Source: Malacoraja senta
Lineage: Eukaryota
DNA: 64,000 nucleotides
Reading direction: 5' to 3'
Assembly (NCBI GenBank): GCA_038087875.1
Contig: CM075988.1
Coordinates: 7,938,001 to 8,002,000 of the forward strand
Below, piece by piece: positions 15,195 to 25,774 of the stretch. A model generated the notes under the pieces. That model was not told where the DNA came from. It did no database searches and saw only the letters and a list, made by a program, of their open reading frames with translations. Position 1 is the first letter of the stretch. The number at the start of each line of letters is the position of its first letter. The position numbers were made by a program, and so were the translations under genes.

Positions 15195-16188
15195 TTAAAC
15201 AATAGCAACAGCACTCAATATTGAGTTAGCAAACAGCCCTCCATCGGCAATCGGCCGATGGTAGTATTGCTGAAACACAAGTTCATTTTTCCAACCTGCG
15301 GCTTTTAATATATGGTCGATGGGAACGTCCATCGCCCTGGCCGCGGATGTTGCTACTGCGCTAGTGGAATGAGATGTAAACACATAAATGTTAATTCCTG
15401 CCTGAACCAACTCTTGCTTTAACCACCTTGAGATAGTCTGAACTGCCACTCTTTTATGTTGGCTTTTTATAACTGACAAATAATCCTGTTTCTTCTTGTC
15501 TTAAAGCCCTTGTGGCTTCAATGTAATGTAACAAATGTGTCCTTACACATAAACATGGAGCTGTAGGATATGCTGAGAACACAATCTTAAAACCTGTCAC
15601 ACCTGGCCTGCTTTGTTTGAGCAGGTCAGAAATATAAAACAGAACATTCTCTGTATTCACTTCCATTCTCTCGAACTGAAGTTTTTTGGAAAATCTGCAC
15701 TCTCTGTACTGACACCAATGCCATTAGCATAGCCAATTTCATGGTTAATTTTAACAAAGTTATAGCCGTGACAGGGACCCAATGACGAAGTATGTTACGA
15801 ACAACGCTTACCTCGCAGATTACCATATACCTAGGCTTAGGCGGTTTGGAATTAGATTCCTTTCATCAACCTAGATATGAGAGGGTGAGAACCTATACTT
15901 TGTGTCCGTGTACCTATTACAAGATATGCGGACAAAGCACTTCTAGCTGTATTGATAGCAGTATAGCTAAGACCTTCATCATAATAAAGTGTAGATAAAC
16001 TCTAACACATTTTCAATAACTACAGTATCATATTGAATATTCTTTTGAACACAATATTGTTCCTTTTTTTTTTTTTTTTCATAAGTCATATACTGTTTTT
16101 GAGTACTCTTTCTCCAGACTGCAGCGAGTATATACACCGTTGGCCTAGAAAGTCCTCGACCAATGTAAGGCATTCTTGAAACCTGCAA
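15195..16188 (-). pseudogene. DIRS tyrosine recombinase, frameshifted
   Basis: Fragments ILAAVWRKSTQKQY; KLTMKLAMLMALVSVQRVQ; LLKQSRPG..CLCVRTHLLHYI; TISRWLKQEL..FTSHSTSAVATS..ILKAAGWKNELVFQQYY. Confidence 0.9.
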
Positions 16189-16329
16189 ACTAACAGATCC
16201 ATACCGTCACATAACGGATGAACTTAATGCGTTACTGGATGCTCCAGCAAATTCCTACTGTTTGGAATCAGCAAAAAGAGGTTGGATCGCTATCTGTAAC
16301 ATCAAAGGGAACCATGGTTGAATCAGGCA

Positions 16330-16490
16330 ATTTGGTATCACCAAAACCCCTGAAGCGGCATCCTGCTTGATTTTCTCAAACACCGACCTATGAGGCAGAA
16401 TGGTGGGAAAATGTACACAAACATATCATCCCAATTTAGTGAAAAAGCATCAATTGCCACTGCCCCTGGATCTGGTGCCTATGAAACATA
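16330..16490 (-). pseudogene. DIRS adenine-methyltransferase-like domain remnant
   Basis: Manual translation YVS*APDPGAVAIDAFSLNWDDMFVYIFPPFCLIGRCLRKIKQD..GVLVIPN. Confidence 0.85.
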
Positions 16491-16574
16491 TTTTGGCCTT
16501 CCATATAGAAGTACTATGTTCTTGAACACATCCTGGTTCCACATCCACTCTGTGTTATGATGGAATTTTCGTGA

Positions 16575-17763
16575 GCTGCCATCTGGTACTACATTAAGTT
16601 TCCCTGGCAGATAGATAGCTCCAATCCAAATCTCTTTATCCCTACTCCAGGTCCAATTGTATTTGCCAACCTGTCACATGATAACGATTCCACCCATGTG
16701 ATTCATATCAGCAACTGCTGTAGTGTTGTCTATTTTGCACTGCACATGCAAACTAGTTTAGTTAGTGCCATAAGCCTTGAGTCCATAAAATACTCTTGGT
16801 TAATTCCCCATGTATGCAGAAGCAATGTTCATCTGTCTCCACCGCTGGATCTTGTATCAGTAGCACCTTACCGAAGTGCTCTGACATCTGTCTGCAAATC
16901 ATGGAAGCTTGGTCCAATAACACTTTGGAACTACTAGTGGACACATGCTGAATCCACCATTGTACATCAGCAACAGCCTCTATTGATAGAAGCATAGGTC
17001 TATTATAATGACCCCAATGTATCCTCAATGCTTGTTCCTTTGACCTTTGTAATTGTAGATAATAAAGTGGCCATATTGAACTGCTGGAAATGCTGCCAGC
17101 CATTACCACAGCAGTCTTGTCACCTGGCTAATTGAAGGCTGTGTGTTAGCAATTAACTTGATATAGCTCTTAATTAGCTGTACCCTTTTTTGCCTGGGCA
17201 AGGTCACAATGATGTTGATTAAGTCCATTGTGAACCCAACTAGTCAATTTGTGTCACAGGTATAAATTTAGATTCCTCAGAATAGCTTATAAAGCCCAAT
17301 TAAAAATTGTTTTTTACCAACTGCCACTGATGCTTCAGCTGTTTCCTTTGATTGTCCTACAATCAAGATATTATCTAGCTAAACCATGATCACATGACCT
17401 TGACTTCTCTTCATGCGTAGAATAGGTTTTAACAACTTTGTAATCCCTCTAGGAGCTGAAGACAAACCATTAGGCAGTGGATTGTATTGGCATAATTCCC
17501 ATCCAGCTGAATTTTAAATCTTCTATCCTGCAAATGAACAGACACTGAATCCGCATCTTTCAGATCTCCTTCACAAACGTTTCTATCTTAAAATGTCTAT
17601 ACCGTACAAAAGGGTTAAGCCTATTCAGGTCTGTATAATTCTGCTTCCCCCCATCCTTTTTTGGTCTGGGAAAGATATTGGACACAACCTGATGGCTTTG
17701 GTAAACTGCCTTAGCAATTACACCTTTATTACATAAGGTTGCAAGTTCCAGCTGAACTTCCAA
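16575..17763 (-). pseudogene. DIRS reverse transcriptase / RNase H, decayed
   Basis: VVSNIFPRPKKDGG..DLNRLNPFVRYRHFKIET; LPNGLSSAPRGITKLLKP; YLDD box degraded to *LDNILIV; RNase H KIDNTTAVADMNHMGG and YLPGKLNVVPD. Confidence 0.9.
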
Positions 17764-17979
17764 TTATTCAGTGATACTGAAGTCAAACTCCTTTTTTGGA
17801 ACATGTTGTATGGGTAAATCAGAATTTGCATTTAAGCTTTATTCAATGCCCTTGAATAACCTTCAGTATAAACATATCTGAGGTAAACATTTAATTGTAT
17901 CACATTAGATCTGTCTACATGAGAACCAGACCCTCTTACCTCCTTACCACCTGGCATTCTTCGCCGGCCTTGAGCTGGA

Positions 17980-19280
17980 TATCTCACCTCCGTGGCGGTG
18001 CTACAGCCGAATGCCAACTGCGCTGCATCGTAGCTGGACTCGTCCCTTGCCCGGACCAGTCTGCTCCCTTATAGGGATACTTCCGCTTTGGTGAATATGT
18101 GGCTGGCTTCTCAGCCTCCTCCTCCAGCTCCTTCACCTGCTGTGTGAAATCCTCGCCAAACAGCTGTGCCGGTTGCACTGTGCCAGGCTGGCAGAGTGAA
18201 GCATATTTATCATTGATGGTTGGTCTAATCGCATCTTGCGGAGGCAGTTGATCTCAAAGTGGGCACTCCACAATAGCGCCTTTTGTTGTAATTTGTCATG
18301 GCCTCTCCATCTACCATCCTGGCAAAGCTCGTTATACCAGATGCCAGCAACTTTAAAATATGCTGGAGCTTCACATGCTCCTGGGCTTTCATTAGTATGC
18401 CCATCTTGCCCCAATTCTTCCTGTTCCCAACAGGAACTTTTAACTGTCCTCAGTTGATTGGGGCTTCATACTTCGTTACTGTCTCATCCATTGTCAGCTC
18501 CTGTAGCTGATGTGAGACTTGGTAATTTATGCTGGTGGCAAGTTCCTCACCCAGAGGCTCACCAGCATCCGACGACATGGCAAACCGTGCTGCACATGGT
18601 GTCAGCTCTGGCAGCTGCCTGCCCTCCCTTTGGATGTCGTCGGACTCAGGGTCAGAGCGTATCTGCCCTTTCTGCACTCACCTCTTGCAAAGAGGGTGCT
18701 TTCAAGCAGGCCTCTACTAGGCACTGCCAGCGGAGCCGTCCCCACGGCCTCCCGCCTGCACAACTCCTCCTGGAGTATGGCTTTATGAATCAGGCCTCTC
18801 CTAGGCACTGCCAGCGGAGCCTTCCCTAAGGCTTCCCGCCAGCACTACTCCTCCTGGAGTGTGGCTTTATGAAACAGAACCTCTCCTAGGCACTGCCAGT
18901 GGAGCCTTCTCTATGGCTTCCCACCTGCACTACTCCTCCTGGATCGTCTCTGTGGAGCAGCCCCTATATGAGCTGCTCCTTTTGGATAACCGCTGGGGAA
19001 CGGTATCCTGTCCCCGACGGGACTCTCGTGGCCCGACTCTACGGAGTCTATAGCCCTGACAGACTTGGCGTATGCCGACCGCCCGACTGGCCTTGGCTGT
19101 GTACCCGGCTGGGCACTTTGCCAAGTCTGTCGCCGCACCGCTACCGGCTTGCGACTCCCCCGAGGTGACAGGCTGCCTTTCAGAGACTGCGTCCCGCAGC
19201 TCTCTCTCTCCTTGTCGGCAGCAGCCTGCACCTTTTACTTGTTCCTGTCTATGGGGGAAAAAAAAAAGCAGCAGAAACAA
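17980..19280 (-). pseudogene. DIRS gag-like ORF1 remnants with internal 84-85 bp tandem repeat (18711-18943)
   Basis: Position upstream of RT. Fragments GEPLGEELATSINY..YEAPIN and QLFGEDFTQQVKELEEE. Three repeat units start at 18711, 18795 and 18880. Confidence 0.7.
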
Positions 19281-20385
19281 TTTATTTACTTTTTCCTAAC
19301 TCCTCCAAAGTCTCCCCGACTTTGGTGGAGCTGTATTTACTCACGTTGCAGAAGGAGCTCCAAGCTCCCGCTGCCGTTGTCGCCAATGCGTCCGACGTAA
19401 TGACGCGCATGCGCCCTGACGGGGTTCTTCACGTAGTCACTCACGTGACTCCGAAGTAAAATCTTAATTGCACACCACAAAGAGGCTCTTCTGCCCACCA
19501 TGTCCATGTCAGCCATCAAGTACCAACACATACTAATACCATTTTCCGGCACATGGCCTGCAGCCTTCGATGTCTTGGTGATTCAAATGCTCCTCTAGAT
19601 ACTATTAAAACTTGTGAGTGTCTCTGGATCTTCCCCTGAGTAGAATCCAACTGCCCTGTGGATGAAGAGATTCTTCCCCAGATTCTTTTTAAATCGCTTA
19701 TCCCCTACCCCATACCTGTGTCCTTTGATTTTATACACCTCTGCTCTGGGGAAAACCTTCTTGCTATCTAAGGTAGACACAAAATGCTGGAGTAACTCAG
19801 CTGGACAGGCAGCATCTCTGATGCTGCGTGTCCAGCTGAGTTACTCCAGCATTTTGTGTCTACCTTTGATTTAAACTGGCATTTCCAGTTTTTTCCTACA
19901 CTACTTGCCATCTAACTATCTATGTCCCTTGTAGATTTGCATATCTCACTATGGTCCCAACGCAGCCTCCTCTTCTCCATGGAGAATAAGCACAGCCTAT
20001 CCCGTTTCTCTTCATAACTGAAACAGTCACAGGCCCTAGTTAATGAACAAAGTGCTGGAGGACTTCAACAGGTCAGGCAGAATCTGTGGAGAGAATAGGT
20101 TTAGGATTGGATTTATTATTGTCACATGTACCGATGTACATTGGAAAGCTATGTTTTACATGCTATCCAATAAAATAACATAATACTATACATAAATACA
20201 ATCAAGCCAAATTCAAGGACAGTGCGTGGAGCAAAGGGGAAGATACAGATTGCAGCATATAGTTCTCAGCATTATAATGCACCAGTTCCATAGACAAAAT
20301 CCAAAGACCACAATGGGGTAGAGGTGAATCAGACAGTATCCTAGCTTATGGAAGGACCATCTGAAGGGCTGATAGCACAGGGACA

Positions 20386-20750
20386 TAATAATAATAATAA
20401 TAATAATGGATGGGATTTATATAGCGCCTTTCTAATACTCAAGGCGCTTTACATGGCATTATTCATTCACTCCTCAGTCACACTCGGTGGTGGTGAGCTA
20501 CTTCTGTAGCCACAGCTGCCCTGGGGCAGACTGACGGAAGCGTGGCTGCTAATCTGCGCCTACGGCCCCTCCGACCACCACCAATCACTCACACGCATTC
20601 ACACACATTCACACACATTCACACGCAGGCAAAGGTGGGTGAAGTGTCTTGCCCAAGGACACAACGACAGTATGCACTCCAAGCGGGATTCGAACCGGCT
20701 ACCTTCCGGTTGCCAGCTGAACACTTAGCCCATTGCGCCATCTGTCGTCC
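20386..20750 (-). mobile_element. tRNA-derived SINE with L2-type 3' tail (AFC/CORE-like), young-looking, nested in a Rex1 3' fragment
   Basis: Minus strand has gatggcgcaatgggctaag (A box), ggttcgaatccc (B box), gtgtccttgggcaagacacttcaccc, aaggcgctatataaatcc and a (TTA)n tail. Confidence 0.85.
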
Positions 20751-21902
20751 GTCAGCTTACATACTGTAAGCTGTTCCTGAATCTGGCAGTGTGCACATTC
20801 AATTTTCTGCCTAACAGGAGTGGGGAGAAGAACAAATGAGACATCTTCCAATAACAGGTGACATTTCAGGTCAGGATCCTTCTTCAATCTGAAACATCAT
20901 CTATCCATTCTCCCCACTACCTGGCCCCTGTGTTCCTCCAGCACCTTGTATTTTGCTCAAGATTATAGCAAGTGCAATCTCTTGTGTGCCCCAAGCAATG
21001 TCCTGGTAATGTTTGTCTCTACTCTCTTTGGTGCAATCATGTCTAGTTTTATACAGAAATGATTGCCAGAGCAATTTAATCCTGGTTAAATCGATTTTGG
21101 ATTAGATAATGCTGGAAAAAAAAAATCAACTTCTGGGCTCCAGGTCATATATTTTCCAGATTTCTGTGAACAATTCTTCGACTGAAGAATTTAACTTCAC
21201 AATTCCAATTCCAGACTGAATAGCTTGACAATTATCGCTTCGTTAAAAACGCACTTACATCACTAATTACCAAACTTAACTTCCTGCAGAGAGTATAATG
21301 AGCAATTCATGTGCAAATCCAGCAACAACTTTGAAATAAAAAGAGGCTAAAGTTCAGATATTTTATGTGCAAACCAAATGGCGGAAAAGCACCAGTTGAA
21401 CAAGTTCAGGTTTGCCACTCGGGGTGTATTCTACAATGCCTGATCCTGCTGATTGATTTGCATATTATTTGCAGCATATGTCATTAGGAAGCTGTTATTT
21501 TTCCAGCCAAGTTTCCCTTGATGGCAGAAAAGCTCTCAAACCAATTTTTAATTGTGCTCGTGCAGTCTGGCAGTCATACAGCATGGAAACAAGCCCAATT
21601 TACCCTTCGGCCCCAGTTGCCTAAGCTGACCAAGATGTCCCATATGTACTAATCCCACCTGCCTGCCTTTCGCCCATACCCTGCAAAATCCTTCCTATCC
21701 ATGCACCTGTCCAAATGCAATTTAAATGTTGTTATAGTACTTACCTCAACTATTTCTTCTGGCAGCTCATTCTGTATAGCCACTATGTGGAAAAATTGCT
21801 ACTCAGGTTTCAATTAAATCTTAGCCCTCGTACCTTAAACCTATGTTTCTTGACTCCCCGACTGCGTAAAAGACTCTGTGCATCTACCCTATCTATTATA
21901 TG

Positions 21903-23615
21903 TTATTCATGCCCCACCAAACTCATCTCCGCCTACCTCGACTCCATCCTATCCCCCTTGGTCAAATCCCTCCCTACCTATGTTCAAGACACCTCAGACA
22001 CTCTCCGTCGTCTGCGCGCATTCCACTCTCTAGGCCCTCACCCCCTCATCTTCACCATGGACGTCCAGTCATTGTACACCTCCATCCCCCACCAGGATGG
22101 TCTCGAAGCCCTCCGTTTTTTCCTCGACCGAAGAAGCAACCTATACCCGGCCACTGACACCCTCCTCTGCCTAGCGGAGCTGGTCCTTACCCTCAATAAC
22201 TTCTCATTTGACTCCTCCCATTTCCTCCAAATACAAGGCGTAGCTATGGGCACACGCATGGGCCCCAGCTACGCCTGCCTCTTTGTCGGGTACGTAGAAC
22301 AATCCTTGTTCAATACGTACCAGGACCCCATCCCCGACCTCTACCTCCGCTACATCGATGACTGTTTTGGTGCCACCTCCTGCACCCACACACAACTGAC
22401 TGACTTCATCCGCTTCACCACCAACTTCCATCCGGCACTCAAATACACCTGGACCATTCCCGACACTTCCCTACCATTCCTTGACCTCACTATCTCCATC
22501 GCAGGTGATAGACATCTTACCGACATCCACTACAAACCTACCGACTCCCATGGCTATCTGGACTACACTTCTTCCCACCCTGCTTCCTGTAAGGACTCCA
22601 TCCCCCACTCTCAATGCCTCCGTCTACGCCGCATCTGCTCCCAGGATGAGACGTTGCACACCAGGGCATCCGAAAAGTCCTAATTCTTCAGGGAACGGGG
22701 GTTCCCCTCCTCCACCATAGATGAGGCTCGCACCAGGGTCTCTGCCATACCCCGCAACACTGCTCTCTCTCCCCATCCCCCCACTCACAACAAGGGCAGA
22801 GTCCCCCTAGTCCTCACCTTTCATCCCACCAGCCGTCACATACAACAAGTGATCCTCCGTCAGTTTCGCCACCTCCAACGTGACCCCACCACTCGCCACA
22901 TCTTCCCATCTCCCCCCATGTCTGCCTTCCACAAAGACCGCTCCCTCCGTAACTCCCTTGTCAATTCTTCCCTTCCCTCCCGTACCACCCCCTCCCCGGG
23001 TACTTTCCCTTGCAACCGCAAGAGATGCAACACTTGTCCCTTCACCTCCCCCCTCGATTCCATTCAAGGACCCAAGCAGTCGTTCCAGGAGCGACAGAGG
23101 TTCACCTGCATCTCCTCCAACCTCATCTATTGCATCCGCTGCTCTAGATGTCAGCTGATCTACATCGGTGAGACCTTGGCGATCGTTTCGCCGAACACCT
23201 CCGGTCGGTCCGCAATAACCTACCTGACCTCCCGGTGGCTCAGCACTTTAACTCCCCCTCCCATTCCGTATCTGACCTCTCTGTCCTGGGTCTCCTCCAT
23301 GGCCACAGCTAGCAACACCGGAAATTGGAGGAAATGCACCTCATATTCCGCTTGGGCAGTCTACATCCTGGGGGCATGAACATCGAATTCTCCCAACTCT
23401 GCTAGCCCTTGCTGTCCCCTCCCCTTCATCAGCCCTCTGGTTGTCTCCTCCCATCCCCCAGCCCTCGGGCTCCTCCTCCGCATTTTTTCCATTTTTCCTT
23501 TCTTCTCCCCACCCCCTATCAGTCTGAAGAAGGGTTTCGGCCCGAAACGTTGCCTATTTCCTTCGCTCCATAGATGCTGCTGCACCCGCTGAGTTTCTCC
23601 AGCATTTTTGTGTAC
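21903..23615 (+). mobile_element. Penelope-like element, 5'-truncated (RT + GIY-YIG endonuclease + terminal module), inserted into a CR1 fragment
   Basis: RT motifs TMDVQSLYTSIPH, QIQGVAMGTRMGPSYACLF, YLRYIDDCF, LPFLDL, YKPTDSHGYL. Endonuclease motifs CNRKRCNTCP..NLIYCIRCSRCQLIYIGET. ctattatatg is duplicated at 21893-21902 and 23616-23625. Confidence 0.95.
23524..23551 (+). ncRNA. Minimal hammerhead ribozyme-like motif in the Penelope terminal repeat
   Basis: CTGAAGA-A-GGGT/TTCG/GCCC-GAAAC-GTT: both conserved core boxes flanking a 4-bp stem II with a tetraloop. PLEs are known to carry such motifs. Confidence 0.7.
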
Positions 23616-25386
23616 CTATTATATGCATCTATCAGATCACCCCTCACCCTCCTGCACTCCAACGCATAAACTTCTAGCCTGCTTGACCTCTTCCTTTACA
23701 TCAGGCTCTCAAGTCCTGGTAACATCCTTGTAAATCTCCCCTGGGCTCTTTCCAGCTTCACAAAATCTTTCCTGGAGCAGGGTGACCAAAACTGAACACA
23801 ATACTTCAAATGTGACCTCGCCAATGTCTTCTACATAACATCCCAACTTCTATACGCAATAACCTGACTGATGAAGGCCAATGTGCCGAAAGCCTATTTG
23901 ACCACTCTATCTACCTGTTGAAGCCACTTTCAAGGAACTGAGCACCTGCACTCCTAGATCCCTCTGCTCCACAACACTCCCCAGAGCCCTGCCATTGCCT
24001 ACACAATCTACCTATGGGTATTTATATTGGGAATTAGAGCACAGCTCCCTTGAGAGGGGAATCTGTGAGCATTGTAAAAATTTACATGGAGACACAAGGA
24101 GCAGCAGATGCTGAATTCTTGAGCGAACCAAAAACTGCTGAAGTAACTCAGTGTGTCTGGAGGGAAAGGATGGACAGCGTTTCCGATCAGGACTCTTATT
24201 CAGATTCCCTAGAAGAAATTACATCATCACTTTAATCAGTCATATTGATCGTTGCTTACTACTGAACCAAGTAGGGCACAACCAAGTTGGGTTTGATGAT
24301 GCTTGTTAGTTGGGCACTATAAGTGCAATTTGTGCTCACAGTGGCACAGCTAGTAGAGCTGCTGCCTCACAGCACCAGCGATCTGAGTTCGATCCTTACG
24401 TCTGGTGCTCTCTTTGAATTTGATCATTCTCCTCGTGACTGGATGGGTTTCCCTGGTGATCTGTTATTCCCCACTTCCAAAGGTATGTTGGTTGGTAGGT
24501 TGGTCACTATTGTGTTGGTGATTGGTGGAAGGGAGGTGGGAGAATGGTTAGCAGAGGTTGATCGGAATACGGGAGAAATGCTGAGGGAAAATTGGGAAAG
24601 TAGGATTGCCCTGTGTAGGCATTGACTTTATGCGCTCAAAGGACCTCCTCCCTATGCTGTATGCATATAGCACCACCTCCTATGAAATGTGTTGGAAGCA
24701 TCTTGGAGAAAGGATTAGTATCAATTAAGCCAGGAAGTAGCATATAAATACCTCAAGATTCAGGGACAGGTTCTCCCCAGCTGCTATCAGGAAACTGGAC
24801 GGTCCACTCATCAGTGAGAGTTCGATTCTGACCTCCCATCTACCTCATTGAAGACTTTTATCTTTAATCGCACTTTATCAGACTTTATCCAGACTACCTT
24901 GGTACACGTTACAATAATAAACTGCACTGCACTGCACTAAACCTGCGATAATGGCTGCCAAGTGCATGAATAGCAGATGGATCAGAACACAGCAACACCA
25001 TTTTGAAGTTCCATCCTCTTAACCAGCTCAGCTACAGGCTAAACAGCAGGAAACACAATCAACAATTACATGTAGATTAGTGTCTAACTGATAATCAAAA
25101 TCTGCAAATACTGGAAATCTGAAATGAAAATAGAAAGTTGTAGACACATTCAGAAGATTGTGCAAATATCAGTGGAAAGTGAAATTAAACATTTTCATTA
25201 ATAATGTCGTATCAGAATTTAGGGAGGAGAGAAAACTAATTAATTTAAAGTTGCAGAGAGGGTAATGGAAGGATGCATAGAAGAAAGGGAGTATCTCTGA
25301 AAGGGCGAGGACAGGATCGCTGTAGAGTTGTTGCTTTTTTGTCACAGTGTGCATTGGTAATGTGTATCGGCAACTCTAGAAAGTAA

Positions 25387-25774
25387 AGCCCCTGTCCCAC
25401 TTAGGAGACCTAAACAGCAACCTCTGGTGACCTTGCCCGCCACCCAAGGTTTCCATGAGGTCACCGGAGGTTTTGGTCACTCTCCCTAATGGTCGAAAGT
25501 GTTTTCCGCGTGGTCGAGGCTTCATCCAGGTTGCTGCTATTTTTTCATGTTTAAAACCGGCCTCGACTAGAAATAGGTCGCCGTTTTAAAAATCGATAAT
25601 TTTTTAGTCGCCGGTCTAGTCGAAGCCGGTTTTCTTCATAGTCGAGGAAGGTTTTCAACATATGCGTGGGAGGTGGTAGGAGGTTGCAGGTCACCTCGAC
25701 CTTGATTTTTTTTTGGGGGGGCGGGCAAGGTCACCAGAGGTTGCTGTTTAGGTCTCCTAAGTGGGACAGGGGCT
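25387..25774. mobile_element. PIF/Harbinger-type MITE with about 55-bp TIRs
   Basis: agcccctgtcccacttaggagacctaaacagcaacctctggtgaccttgcccgcc and its reverse complement at 25720-25774. Flanks TAA / TTA. Confidence 0.88.

Larger units (their letters stand above)
14645..19462 (-). mobile_element. Full-length DIRS1-type tyrosine recombinase retrotransposon, coding regions decayed
   Basis: 35-bp ITR core (14717-14751 is the reverse complement of 19401-19435). The ICR at 14874-14985 is complementary to both termini. Minus-strand remnants occur in the order gag, RT, RNase H, methyltransferase, tyrosine recombinase. Confidence 0.95.

Noticed and set aside
18711..18943. Regularly spaced repeats resembling a CRISPR array
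   Set aside because: Eukaryotic context. Whole units are repeated with no unique spacers, and they lie within DIRS gag.
21715..22683. 322-aa ORF as a host gene
   Set aside because: Chimera of an antisense CR1 fragment and Penelope RT; transposon-derived.
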